A DNA stretch of 64,000 nucleotides from Podarcis pityusensis. Its lineage: Eukaryota. Position numbers and translations under genes: made by a program. The stretch is from NCBI GenBank assembly GCA_964106645.2, contig OZ078259.1; one strand, written 5' to 3'. Below, one piece after another: positions 12,401 through 26,189 of this stretch (the stretch's first letter is position 1; the number at the start of each line of letters is the position of its first letter). The notes under the pieces are model-generated. The model saw nothing but the letters and a program-made list of their open reading frames with translations, made no database searches and was not told the origin of the DNA.

Positions 12401-14354
12401 AAATAAATCAACCAGGTTCATAATAAAACATTAAAAATACAACAAAAACAATGAACACAATAGCAACCAAGTTAGGATGAACTAAATATGCTGGTACAAG
12501 TGGTCAGCAAAGCCATGGAAGACTAATTAACTTTTTAGCAGGCACCAAAAACAAAAAAGCAGTAGGTATTTAATTTATCTCTCAGGAGCAATCAATCCAC
12601 AGGCTGCATGCCACAATATAAAAGACATTCCTTCAGGTTGTCACAAGACAGATCTCTGCAGGCTATGGAACAACCAAGAAGGCCTTGTTTCAAGAGCTTA
12701 ATGATATAAAATATAATGTAAAGAAAGAGTTTGAACATCCCTTCCCTTCTTTGTGTCTTGAAGTAGAGTGTTTGTTGGCAGGAAATTAATCCCTTTTTAA
12801 CAGGCTAATGCATTCAGAGCAGAAGTACCTTCTAACCAACAGTCTCTCTAGTCTTTATGGTAAGGTAGAGACAAGGGTAGTTCATTATCCTATTTCTACT
12901 CTGCCTTCTCCCCTGATCTGTATGAAACCCTGCAGAAGACTTCAGTTCTCTACTTCCTGCAATGAAGGAGAGAAGAAAAAAAGAGAAAGTGCTGGATCCA
13001 AGGCTACTCCTATTCAGAGTAGACTCATCTAAAGTAATGTATTCATGTTAGTCATGCCTTTTAATTTCAATGGATCTACTCTGAGAAGAACAACCCGTAG
13101 CCATTAACTAAACAAACAAGTCTTTTGCTCCCATGGCTATTCTGAAACAACTATACAACCTCAGAGAACAAGCAAAGTAGGAAGAAGTAAATTGATGAGA
13201 AGGTGGAAGAGTGAAAGGTTCTAATTACTCTTCTTGTCTTATGCAATAGCTAATTCTTAGCCATCCTGCATCTGTGACCAATTAAACAAACTAAAGGGTA
13301 ATAGTTTCACATGTCTTTTGAGTGTAAGTGCTAAAAGTGGCTTCCTAGACTGCTGTGACTAATGGAACTCTAAATATAGCTAAGTGTAAATTTGCTATTT
13401 GAAGGGGAACAGTTCAGTTGTTTACAAAGTTTGCTCTTTACACAACAATAATGGCTGGAAATAGAGGCTGGCTGGTGCTTCCCAGGCACAATTAGTTTGT
13501 TTGTTTGTAAATTGCCACTATTCAACACCACTATCATGGTGGTATACAATTAATTAAGTCATAGCTGCTTCATTGATCATTTACTTCACAAATCTGTTGT
13601 AGTTATGTACTACAGAGCTTCTACTCTGCCCAGATTTCATGTTTTCTCATCTCAAATGCTTTGAGACAGATACACTTGCACCCCTCTTTACTCAAGGTTA
13701 TGCCCATGTAATAATCAGGAAGTAGAATTTTTAAAGCAAATCATTTTGTTTTTCAACCCTTTGCTCACCAAATTACCAGGAAGATCAGCTCAACTTTATT
13801 TCAAATATCTGATGGAAGATAAAATCCCAAGGATATCACTGATAGTGGCTAAAGTTTTGTCAGTAGCTGTGAAAACATACGAACAACACAGCACCTGAAT
13901 CTGGACTAAGACTAAGCAGAGATTATAATCGTTCTATATAATTGTTATTATGTCACAGTTCTGAATCTGTTTTGCTATTAGATTCTGGTATGCTTTATGT
14001 TTTTATTTTATTTCCAGCCTATTGACTGTAATATATTGAATGAATGAATGTGAGATGGTGCACGCTGAATCACCTGAGGAATTCTGTTAGTGAAAAGCAT
14101 TCCTTTGCCACATAATTTTGACTTCTCCCACAATTTCTTCCCAGGCCTCTGGATTTGAAATCTGTGCAAGAGAGCCCTCTGTACAGATGAACCATAGGAG
14201 CACTATTCCCCAAGAGAGGAGGTGCTTGCTGCGTCCCACAACTATACGGTAAACCTGGGCTAGGAGACTGACTACAGTCTAGCCTCTCCAAGAGATAAGA
14301 GTGTTGCCTTTGCTGTCCCACTTTCAGCGTCTACAGGACCAAAAGCAAAAAAGT

Positions 14355-14710
14355 ATAGAGGAAACTGCATTATGTGGGGTCAGACCACTGGCTCATCTAG
14401 TTCAACATTGCCTACACCAGGAGTTGTCAACCTGGTCCCTACTGCCCACTAGTGGGTGTTTCAGGATTCTAGGTGGGCAGTAGGGGGTTCTATGGCACAA
14501 GCTGAATCCTCCTTCCATCGAGCACTGGTGGGTGGTAAGGAAAATTTCACCATTAGTGGGTGGTAGGTATAAAAAGGTTGACTACCCCTGGTCTACACTG
14601 ATAGGCAGTGGCTTCCTAGGGCTTCAAACAGGGAGTCTCTCCCAGTCACAGCTGGAGATGTTGGAAATTGAACCTGGTACCTTCTGCATCCAAGCAGATG
14701 CTTTACCTTC
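14355..14710 (-). mobile_element. tRNA-headed SINE with CR1-like tail (Squam2-like), interrupted by a MITE
   Basis: Minus-strand head AGCATCTGCTTGGATGCAGAAGGTACCAGGTTCAATT is B-box-like. The body continues on both sides of the 14418-14590 insertion. A degraded relative lies near 24345-24495. Confidence 0.6.
14418..14590. mobile_element. hAT MITE nested in a SINE
   Basis: TIR CAGGAGTTGTCAACCT / AGGTTGACTACCCCTG, 8-bp TSD GCCTACAC/GTCTACAC. Confidence 0.85.
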
Positions 14711-16582
14711 TCAAAAGCTATTTTTTCCACATCGGACAAAAACTATTGATGGCAAAGAGCAGAGATGCTGTTTGCTACAGCTCCTACAAGATGCTAGGAT
14801 CTGTCGCTTAGATAAGCTCAAATGTGCTCTGTGGGAAGCTGAAATAAATTCACACTGCTGGGAAACCAGTCATGAAGGAGATGGTTCCCTGGGCCTTGCC
14901 AACTTGAAGTTGTCAATTAGAGGCAGAGAGGCTTGGTTGCATTTGAAACCTAAAGAAAAGAGGAATCCAATTGGGAGGCTGAGGACTGAAGAAATGGAAA
15001 GAAATGAATGTTCCAAGGTCAACACAATTTCAAGAGCTGTATTGCTTACACAGGCACTAGCTGGTAATTTGTTCTGCAGCTGTTCAGTGGATAGTCAAGG
15101 TGGAAATAGAGAAACTGAAGCTTTCCGGACAGGGTGTTTGAGCTACATTTAGCATCTGAGTGGGGTGCTTGGTATAGCAGGGGAGACTAGACAGAGAACA
15201 GACCCTAAAAATAATGATAAACCACAGACCTTTCCTTTAAAATCATCTCAGAAATATGCCTAAAATAGGCCTGTGCAATGTATAACGCAAGGGGAAACCA
15301 AAGCCCCATTTGCACAAATGTTCAGCCCTGCAAAGGGTTGCCTTCATCCCACATTATATAACTACAAAGTAGCTGTGGAAATAGACCCCCCAGGCAGTTG
15401 GAAGAAAGGAGCCCATGAGCACCTTGGCTTTGTCTATGCTCTAGAACCCTCCACATATAGGTGGAAATGCTAGACTGCAGATTTTTTTAAAAAAGTATTA
15501 ATATATCTATGCAACTTGGCTGGTCAATAGAATTTTCTTCTACAAAAGAGATGCGTGGAATAGAAAGGCCCACTAAATGGAACAAAGAAAGCATTTCTTT
15601 CTTTTCTCTGCAGAGATTTCAGCCAGAAGAGACAGGCTTGGAGGAAGTTTCCAGTATATTTCCTGTAACGGAGTAATATTATACAAGGATGAATCTTACA
15701 TTCTGCCAAGGATAAGAAGTAGCCCCTCCTGAGTCTAACGAATGCTCCTGTTTCAATAAAAAAGGCATGAAAAGACAGAATGTCGAGAGGCCTTTTTCCC
15801 CTTATAAGGCCTGAGCGTGCTTGCTATCTCTACAGGGCTTATGCATCCTTTTGGCACAGCACCAGAAATGAGGAGAAATTCAAATAGTATGTGGATTGAG
15901 TTATCTAAGAGGAAGAGATTCTGATGAATATTTAAAGAAATTCATACCTTCAGAATCAGTACAGAGACAGAAAAGAAACCCAGCGCAGGACACAGTCTGG
16001 ATGCCATTCCAAGACCACCTGCAGAGAAAAACCTGCATTGCTGAGCCAACAAACATGGTCATGTAGGGTCTGTATTCCTCCAAAGAAATGTCTAGAGGGT
16101 TCAGCCTCATTCTGAGAACTTTGTCAAACTCTGATTCCGCCCCCCTCTTTCCTCTTTATTTTGATTCCTGCTACTCAGTCTTTCTAAGGTGTACTGTAAT
16201 ACATTTGTAGCTAAAAACAGCACAGCTACTTAGAAAATGGACATTCAGATCAAATGGAAGAGCAAAGGTTGGCCTGTACCAAAATGTATGTAAATACTGC
16301 TCACTGTTGCTAGAAAGGCCTCTGTGGAGATTAGAAGCTGTTTTAAGAAAAAAACATTTTTAAATTACTCATGTTTTGTCCCACTTCCAAGTATTATGTC
16401 ATGCCCCTAAATATTTAGAGGAACCCTTTGTTTTGTTCTGTCCCACACATAATATTCAAGCTAATGGAAACCTACTGTATATATAATCTTAACATCATCG
16501 CATGAATGTGAATCGCTGTCCAAGAACTAAATTAGGCAATGTGGTTAAATTTCTGGCATCCCATCTATGAACCACAACACAG

Positions 16583-16585
<3 letters not shown>

Positions 16586-16621
<36 letters not shown>
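16586..16621. repeat. (CA)n microsatellite
   Basis: Direct reading. Other (CA)n tracts at about 6390-6416, 39644-39687 and 62952-62985. Confidence 0.95.
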
Positions 16622-19600
16622 AATTGCAATTACTCACTTTTCACTAGTGTTACGGAGAATGCTCCCTATACCTTCAAACAAACACCACAGGAAAACAGAA
16701 AGGTAACAAAAAATCTCTCGCATGTAGACCCCACTAATATGTCTGGGAGCTGGAAAGAGCACATATTCTTGCAAACAGAGCTCCCATTTATTTCAATGGA
16801 GATTGAATGGAAGGTATTACCAGAAGCGTGTGTTCAAGTACTCATACTTTTTGAGGCTGTTTTTTTTAAAGCTTGTTTTATTTATAATGCTAAGATATAA
16901 ACCTTTTATTTATCATTTATGCATTTAAAGTATTTATAAAACCAAGAAATGCAAACAAAACAAATCTTTGGGAAACTGTGCCTAGGTACACATTAGCAGC
17001 TTAAAATGGAGTGAGGCTGTTTTCCCCAATGCATTTTAAGTTGCATTGGCACATTGTTGCACAAACCAGAGATGGAGCAGGAATATCTTTATCTGTTGTG
17101 CATTACTTGCTTTGTTTCCCCATTCCTGCAACCTTCCCAACTCCTATTTGTGAAGCCATCATCTGTCCATGCACTATTATCTAAACATGTGCAATGGCAG
17201 TCTCATATGTACACAACTCAGCTTAATTGTGAAGTAAGTGTGGCTTATGTTAACAAATCAGATGGAAACTGGTTTGAGGGAAAACACAGCAAACAGCAGT
17301 ATTTCTCAAGAAACGACAAGCTAGATATAGATTCTGGTTAATGTCATGTTTACACAGATTCAAATACCAGCGGAGGGGGTGCATTAAAGCCAGAGTAAAT
17401 GGTAATGCAGCCTACAGCCTATGTGTTGGATACAATGCATAAGGCAGAATAGTTAAACTAAGAAAATATTAAAGAGGAGGTAAGGAGGAGAACAAAATGT
17501 ATCTCTTTAATACCATGATAGTAAATACATAAGAGAGTGTGTGTCTATGAGCTCAGTGTGTGTACAATTTCCAGTGTTGTAGCGCATTATTCTTGCTTGC
17601 AGATTAATTCTATATTTGCTAATGGCTGTTAATAATGTATTGTAGGGAGTTTATTAGCCCACTGGGGATTCCAGAGTCTTCTCATTCTTAACACTGTGTG
17701 CCATTTAGTCATGAATACCTGTCAAACTCAAACTGATTTCAACATGTAAATGTTTGCAGACTATATTTTTAGAGTGTAAAACCACAAACTCCTTTCCCTA
17801 GGAACCTAGAGGCAAGAAGAGCTTATACACACATTCATACACGTACATCCTGCCACAAGTAAGCTGTACAAAATTTCACCCCATCTTTTTTTAAAAATAG
17901 AAGTGATAAGCTGTATTGAAAACATTTTGCAGACAAAGCTTTTTCATCTGGAAGACAGCATGATACATTAAACAGAATTCTGATACAAAAACATCATTAC
18001 TCCTATGCCTGTGTTCAATTTGATCCAAAAACTAAACCTGTTGATAAGATAAACAAGGTTTTCAGCAGCAAAAAGGCCAGCACTGATTTGATTTTTATAG
18101 CTGCTGTCCAACATGATGAAATGGGGAGAGATTCTGCAGCATGTTTCTCCCAGCAGAAATCTACTCCATGGTATTTTGTGCAGACCTGGTGTGGATTCCA
18201 GAAGAAGAGAGGTGGAAGACACAGGAGTGGCAAATGCATTTTTATCTCTAAGACTGAGCTCTGGAAACACCAGTTCTACAAGTTTTCAGAGTGGCTCATG
18301 ATTGGATGGGTAAATGCTGGCTTTAGAATGTACATATTGGTTAGTACCTGTGATGTCACTGACATACCACTCTCCTGTGATCCATAGATAATTTTTCAGT
18401 TTTAAAAATTAAATGTGCACCGCTTTTAAAATAAGCTTGTGTACTGCTTAAAAACAAACAAACAGCCTGCCTGATGCATATGGTAGGAGGTGAGATTGTG
18501 GGATGAAATGGGCGCTCATCTGGCTCATTGCTATGTATGTCAGAATAGTTTATGAGTCACATCAGAAAGTAAAAACCTACTATAAGCAGAAGCAGCACTT
18601 GTGATAAGGAGAATTTACAGAGCCGCCCTCCCAACACCAACACTGAAAAATTACAATAACAAAATTTAGCAGAGGTGTCAACCAAGAGATTTGTCTGCTA
18701 TGCCAGCTTAACTGCAGTATACTGCTCTTTCTTGATTGAATCCATTAATTTTTCCATTCAAACAATATCATGGGATCTGAATATGTTTCTAGTGTTCAAC
18801 CCAAACATTTTTTTTTAGTAGAAATTAAGAAATTAATTTTCAGACTTTGGGGCTATTGGTGATGTTATCCTGAACTATGTGAAGAAGCAATAATAAAGGA
18901 TGAAACCCTAAGGTGTGCCCTAAAATTTGTGAGATTATGTCTAATATTTGCTGGGGCACATGGCCTAATCACTTCCACAAACAAGGGAACTGCAATTAAG
19001 CTTGGCTTCCTGCGATACCTGACTCTGGGATCCTAGTTTGTTGCTTCCTAACAAGTCAGGTTCATAAACAGTAAACCATAGTTTAGGCTGGCTAGTAATC
19101 CTGGGATTGTGTATTTAGACATCATAGGAAGTTACATTTATTTGTTGTTTCCTGATTTGTTTCTCTTATTTTCTCTAGGAGAGGAGCAAAGCACACCTGA
19201 TTAGGCAGCATGCCCTACTATGCTACTTGTTCAACATAAACCATGATATGTCAGAAAACTTGGCTTATCCTAACATGTGACTGCAGACGGTGTCATGCCT
19301 TCCTTCTGGATTATGGAGGTACTGCTACCTTTGTGACGTTTGTTGTCTCACATCTCCAACTATCAGGCAACAGTCACAAGGCAATTCTTATATTTTTATT
19401 CTGCTTTGCACTATGAATTTTAGAAGATGATGATTACAATTTTATCCTGCCTTTTCCTGAAGGAGCACATCCACCATATGATGAACCATCTACTCTACTT
19501 AAATTTCTAATAAGATATAATTGCACAGAATTCAGAAGTGGTCTTCTGAATTTATTCTGTGGGCCTCATTCATGAATTCTTCAATTTAAGTGCATGGGGC

Positions 19601-19891
19601 TGTAATGCAATAAAACAACAAGTAGGCCTATCTGGTTTTTATTTTAAATTTTCACAAAACGGTCTCATTTTGGAAATGAGGTTAGATCTCATAGACAAGT
19701 TCCATCTGGGGTTTCACTCAAACCCCTGACAATATCATTACTGTTTAAATATCATTTTTTAAAACAACAACAACAAAAATCTAAGTATATCCCTGCCAGG
19801 AGCACCTTTTAAAAAACGCTTTTATTCAAGTCTGAGGCTAGGCCATCTTTTCCATGAACTCAACTGGGCCAAAGGAAAGGATGCTACGTAC

Positions 19892-19985
19892 TTGTAGTTG
19901 TCGTCTTCCACAAACTTTTGAAGCTCTTCAATGTACCGGACAGACTTTAAGTATTTTTGCACATGGGGTAACGTTATAAGGTGAT
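19892..19985 (-). CDS. RALGPS1: RALGPS1 internal coding exon, 94 nt, phase 1-2
   Basis: Translates (D)[30 protein letters not shown](K). Acceptor atgcag|AT, donor CAA|gtacgt. Phase joins both neighbouring exons. Confidence 0.97.
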
Positions 19986-20757
19986 CTGCATTTTTTAAAA
20001 AAAGCACATATAAATCCCATAACTGTCAAGAACAAAAGCAGTTTCAACCACATGCTTCAAACTTTTATTTCCTTGAACTGTCTATGCTGAAATATAACAC
20101 CAAGCTTTCCCACCAAGGACAGATAGATAGGCTAGTGAAACGGAAATTTCCTCACCATGAATTTCTCATCTCCAAAATTGCCAGAGAGCATTAGACATCT
20201 TTAGAATGAAAGATGAGTGCAAGGTGGCACAAAACTCAACCCTCTTCTGACTAGAGATATACTCTATACTTGGTGCCAAACCCTTCCCTGCCAAGTTCAC
20301 TGCAGTCTGATTCTCCACACTGGACTCCTTATGTTCCCTGCCTGTCCTGTGGAGAGGGAAGCCTGTCAGAATCAAAAAGTAGCATGGCAATCATCTGCAA
20401 TGTGGGAGAGACTGAAACTTCCTCCATCTCTGTCACAAAAGGGATGGATCAAGAGTTTGAGAACAGCATCATGGACCCAAAACTTGATGGAAGCTGTGAA
20501 GATATCTCGACAAACTGTCATATCCCGCCTGCCAGCTTTTAAAGGCGAGATATGGCATGCTTGCTCATGAGACTCTTTCTCCCTATGAGAATGATGTTCT
20601 TGGAGGCACGCATTCCTCCAAGGGGCATGGATCTGTTACCAATCGCAGAGGGGGCACCAAGTTCTTGGCAACAGGACAGAGGTCAGCCCCTCTATTATTA
20701 TTTATTGAATTTATATACCGCTCTATACCCGAAGGTCTCAGGGCAGTTCATCTAGGT

Positions 20758-20955
20758 CAGGGATGGCCAACAGGTAGATCGTGATCTACTGGTAGATCAC
20801 GGGGTGCCTGTGGTAGATCACAGTAGATCGTGGGACCACTCCCATCCCCCTTCAAAAAAAATCTGAACAACTTTGGTCAATCCAGTGGGTAGATCACTGC
20901 CAGTTTTTTTAATTGTGGGAATAGACTGCAGTCTCTTGGAAGTTGGACAAGTCTG
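20758..20955. mobile_element. hAT-like MITE with GTAGATC subterminal repeats
   Basis: Termini CAGGGATGGCCAAC / GTTGGACAAGTCTG and five GTAGATC motifs. No clean TSD. Abuts an L2-type tail at about 20693-20750. Confidence 0.6.
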
Positions 20956-22055
20956 TAGTTGTTCAGTCTCCCCTCCTGGCTGGTTGACCCATTGTTGGGA
21001 ACTGCCTTGCATTTCCTGGCTTTTAAACACAAAGGGGAAGAGACTCCACCCTCCCTCTTGGCTGTTCCCTGCTCATGCATCCTTCACACTCTCCTCCTCT
21101 TCTTCCTCATCTGACAGCAACCACTACTCCTGCCCTGAGCCAGTCAGGATCAAGTGGATCATGACAAAGCCTAAACTACTTATGGCAGGGCTCCTAGTTG
21201 CTGTAACAAGATTCAACAGTTCAGCTCCTTACATTGGGAGATCTGAGTGGCTCCTCCCACTGGAGATGCATTCGAGACTGGCCCTACCTACAAGTTCCAT
21301 TAGAGGTGCCACCTCAAAGAAGTCTAATGCCCTCTGGAGCCTCAGAAAAATCTGATTTCATTGGGCAGAGAATGTAAGTACTGTACTGAGATCAAATCTT
21401 CTCTCATTAGGTATGAACACAATAGCTTTTATGGAAATCTGTAGTAGAAAATGACAATTGGTAGAAAATCACATTTTTTCAGTCTCCCCTCCAGATCTCT
21501 CATGAATGGATGAAATAAATGGTATATAAATACTGTAAATAATAGAATATAAATAATATTCATAAGGGAAATGGAGGGAGTTTATAACACAAAGAGGCAC
21601 AGCTAGAAAAGACTGAGGACAGGTTGCAAGGGAAACTGCAGCTATAGAACAAGTCTACATGACATTATTTATTATGAGAATTCAAAAGCCATGCCACAAA
21701 TTCTGGCAGAAAAAAGCAAAGATTTTCTAGAAATCAGAGTAGGCCACAATCTCATAGGAAGCACTGAACCTCTCAAGTGGAATTTGGCCATAACGAAAAT
21801 GTAATGCAATTTATGTAAAGTTTGACTGTAATAAAAAGGTAAAGATGGGGTGTATATATTCATGTCTGCAGACCTAAGCTGGGCCAGAACAACAATCACT
21901 TTATCTAATTTCCTAATTTGGCAGAAGCTAAGTGGTTCAGTAGCACAAAGCTTCCTGATCTACATTATCCCTTAAGGCCCCTCTTTGTATGAGGCAGACA
22001 TCTGGTGCTAATTTACTATATTAAAGAAATATTGGTGAAGAGGAAAATTACCAAC

Positions 22056-22193
22056 CATAGCTACAGGAGACTTGCAAATCAGCAATTATTCGGAGGATAT
22101 TGTTCATTTGATTGGATCGTTGTTCGTTCTCCATGATGCTGCCTGAAGCAGGATATGCTGAATCAATGTAGATTAAATCCAACAAATAAATCC
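22056..22193 (-). CDS. RALGPS1: RALGPS1 internal coding exon (CDC25/RasGEF domain), 138 nt, phase 1-1
   Basis: Translates (G)[45 protein letters not shown](D), recognised as RALGPS1. Acceptor ttaatttcag|GG, donor TATG|gttggt. Not in the ORF track. Confidence 0.96.
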
Positions 22194-25100
22194 CTGAAAT
22201 TAAAGAAGGAAGGTTAAATCAGGTGCTTTATAAAGTTACAGGGAAACTTGGTTGCAATAAACAAAAAATCAAGGAACCCCTGGCTATGCACTTGAATAAT
22301 CTTATTAAAAAACAAATGAGAGCTGAATAATTATAAAGAAAAGGCCCGCAGAGTTTTCATCCTACTCGGCACAGAGAACCTTCTTCCCTTATTCAGTCAC
22401 TGATATCTCAGCATGTTCAGGATTGCACACTACTATTGGCCAAATTTTCTACCACACTGCACCAGTATATTTTCTTAAGTGTTATTTGTTCCAAGGACTG
22501 GTATTTAACAAGAAAAGAGAAATATCGTAGATGCTAAGTTTGTAGTACAAAGTGCATACAAAATGCAAGGAATTTAACCATGGAATTAGGACTGGCATCA
22601 AGCTTGCACATCTGTACCAAGACTAATGTTGATGAATGCTAACCAGGCTAAGCTTTTCAGTAGTTTGGAGCTGTGCATTGCTAATATTAACCATGCTCAC
22701 GACAAACCCTGCTAACATAAACTATGGCCTATGCCAGGATATATGTAACCACACATCTTGGCTAATGTTGACAAAGAAAGTTGAGGGGAATTGATAGAGG
22801 GGAAAGAAGAGGAATAGAACAGCTCACAGCCAGGTGCCAATAACTTCACCGTGGTCAAGAGGTGGTCTGAATTATGGCCCAGAGGGAACTGAGAGAAAAA
22901 AGAACTGTAAGGGAAAACAAGCTTATCTACTCTCGCATTCCTCTTGTAATATCATTTCTCAACTTAATTCAATTTCAAACCTTCATTTTAAAAGTGAATT
23001 AATAGTGATGATGGGAATTGCATACTTCACCTAAACAATGTCCTATCACCACCCCCCAAAAGCAAATCCACATTGAATTCTGCTTCCCTTTTCACAACCA
23101 AAATGTTTTTCAGTCCTGTCATCACAATTTGATTCTTGGCATCATTTCAGAGCAATCTTATTGTTTGCAGATCTTGCTTGGTGTAAAATGCAGCAAGTAA
23201 TCATGCTGAGGTTGCATGTTTTCTGTTCTGGGCTAGAAGAGACATTTATTAAGTTTGTGACTCAACAGGAGAAGCCACAATTTAATGGGGAAAGCGTTAG
23301 TCATTTGTGGGTTCTTGCTCAAAAATGAACGACAAGCATGTTATTATTTTTGCAAGATATATCCAAGAGTCACCATCACTTTAAACAGATGACAGAGAAT
23401 TATGCCTACCTGTGAGAACTTGCAAAGGATAAATGAAACATAGTAAGGGCAGGCCGAAAGAAAGCATGGTTGACTTGTACTTAGGGAGTCTTCCAGGAAG
23501 TTGAATATAGGAATACAAATAAGGGTTGCATCTTGTTTGGGTAATTCAGGTCAAAATAGTCATTAAATTAGATCCAACTAAGTCCTACTCTGAATAGACC
23601 CATTGAGTTTAAAGGGTCTAAGGTTAGCCATGCCCATTAATTTCAGTGGGTCTACTCTGACCAGAGCTAGCATTAGATACAACTTATTGGTGGTCTTCAA
23701 CTTTTGGGCACTTCTGAACGTTCCATCTGTGCATGCATTGCAGCTCCCCTCTCCTCCCCCTGCAGGCTATTCTCCTAACCTGCCCTGAGCCAATCTGGGG
23801 GCAAAGGGAGGTTGCAGAGGAAACAGAGCGGGAAAGCCCCACTGCACAAGCAGTCCTTGTGCAAGTCTTCCATTGGTGAGGCGTGTTAGATGAATCCTGC
23901 CCATAATATTTTCCCCATAGTCTTTGATATTGCATGAATTATGTATAATTATTGATTTCATTTTAAATTGTGTTCTACTATTTTTAACTAAACTTATTTT
24001 GAACATTTTTGTGAATGAAGTGTTTCCAGTATTTCTATTGCTGATAGCAACAAATACCAAGAAACATTATATTTGGCTATTTGGTAAAATTATAGCTGCT
24101 GAGAACAATCCAACCCCATAACCCTAGTCAGGGAAAAAGTGAGCCTTAGTGAATCTTGCTAGTGACCACTGTCACTGAGGGAATAAAGGTACAGCTATTA
24201 AAAAGCATGGTCTTAAGAGATCGTCACTGAAGTTGCTGCTCTCTCGCGCTCTCTCGGGGGGGGGGGGGGAGTGCAGCATAAGTTAGTTTTGCCTTTGTGT
24301 GAATGCTAAGGACGTCTATGGACTTGCAATTGTACTAAAATCATATGAAGCTACCTTGTAGCAAGTCAGACCACTGGGACTCACTAGCCCGGTACCGTCT
24401 ACTCTGAATGGCAGTGGCTCTCCATACTCTGAGACAAAGATCCTTTTAAGTGGAAATGATAGGGACCTTATAGCTGCTCTGCTAGTGGGTTATGGCTACC
24501 CACTCATCTTGACACTTTAGATATTTGGGGATTGTTGAGATGTCTGCATGCACCAAATACGTGAACAGGATGAGGATCAAGAGAAGAATGTAGTTATGTT
24601 ACACCTATGTTTTCTGTATGGTTCGAAACAAATGGTATATTTAAGATGAAACAAGAAACTATTGAGTGATGTTTCTAGAGTAGCATATACTCTATAAAGG
24701 AGAATAAACAATAAATGCTTTGTGTTTGCCAGAGCCATCATTTTTAACTTCATCCCCCTAAGTTTGTGATGCATACAACATCTAAGGAGTTCTGTTAGAA
24801 GAGGAATAAAACCTTAATTCGTGAGTTTCTGGTGAAACTGTACTAGTGTTCACTGGTTCTTGGTGATACAAAATAGAATTCAAAAGCCATGCCACTAATT
24901 TTGTTTGTTCAGGGGAACTCTGAACTTGGCAGGATCCTCTGCCAAATCACCTTCAATCTAAAAGATATTTCAAAATTAGTTCCTGATATTAGATTGTGTG
25001 TGTGTGTGCGCGCGCGCGTGCAATTCAAAGAAAAGTGAAAAGAATTCCACTTCTATCTATGCAAATCCCTGGCTATGCCTACCTTTCTGAATGTCAACCA

Positions 25101-25836
25101 TACTGCTTGGTACATAAGGGAACCTCCCTCATGCTGGTGTTCTGGACTACAGCTCCTGTCATCAATGACCATTGGCTGCGGTGGCTGAGACTGAAGTGTG
25201 CGTAGTTCAAGATGTCTGGAGGGCTCACAGCTGGGGGAGGATGCTAGAGGACTGTGAAGATGGGGGAGTTGCATTCATGGTTTGGAGTGGGAACCCAATG
25301 AATTTTTTTTTTTTTTTTTTTGCTTTCACATGGACTTGCTACATTTACAACGGTTCACAGGCACAGAAGTACTGGAAAATCGGTTTCAACATAATAGGGT
25401 ATCTTCAAAAATAAATTAAAAGATGAATTCTAATAAAACCTTAATGAGCAAAAGTATTAGAAAGAAAGGATGTTCAAGTTACCTACTAGATGCCCTAGGC
25501 CAGCCTGACTCATTTATTGGTTTTCCATTACCATAGGCAGCTAATATTATTCTGAAAAGTGCCTTTGCAGAAACACAGGAAACTAGTGGGGCAAGGACTC
25601 TTGGTGGCTTCTGCCTTATAAAAGCAGCACTAAGCCCAATCCTTCCCAAATTGTCCAGGAAAATGTTCCATGTAGTTTCCTCTCCTTTCCCCACACCTCC
25701 TCTTTGTGTTTGTCCAAAGAAAAACCTCTACGAGTGGAAAGTGGCATGCAGGAAACCATGTAATATAATCTAAAACTGAAGCTTGTTATTTCCACATTTC
25801 AAGCTTTGCCGCAAAGTTCTAACAATTCCATTACAT

Positions 25837-26189
25837 CAGGGGTGGGAAACCTCAAGTCCAGAGCTGAATGTGGCCCTCCAAGCAACTCTATCTGGTCCCC
25901 AGGACTCCCCCTCAGGTCACTTACTGTCCCTGTTTCGTATCTTCCATGCATGTTTCTGCCTGCCTGGAATGTATCTTTGAATACTGATAATGCCTCTTCC
26001 TTCCCTGGCTGAGGGATAGAGAGAGATCTGTGATGGTATGTAGACACTAGACTACTGTACAAAGGTAAAATGTACACTAGTTGCTCCAACATCATTTACT
26101 TCTGAACCACTTGTGACTGGCATGTGGCCTCTGGAAGGTTGCCCAGAGTGAAATGCAGCCCATAGGCTGGAAAAGTTTTCTCATCGCTG
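25837..26189. mobile_element. Degenerate hAT-like MITE
   Basis: CAGGGGTGGGAAACCT left end and a degenerate right end. Related fragment at about 10198-10380. Confidence 0.55.

Noticed and set aside
14532-15152. 206-aa plus-strand ORF
   Set aside because: Starts inside a MITE, runs through a SINE, and has no recognisable domain; a chance open frame.
20770-20900. Short GTAGATC repeats resembling a spaced array
   Set aside because: Irregular spacing inside TIR-bounded DNA indicates hAT subterminal repeats, not a CRISPR-like array.
20166-21355. Cluster of overlapping 67-160 aa ORFs
   Set aside because: No similarity to RALGPS1 or known proteins, no coherent splice structure, and partly MITE-derived.
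23565-23685. Imperfect ~110-bp palindromes (also near 12990-13100 and 32040-32140) as miRNA precursors
   Set aside because: They recur as a degenerate dispersed family, consistent with old palindromic MITEs, and match no miRNA I recognise.
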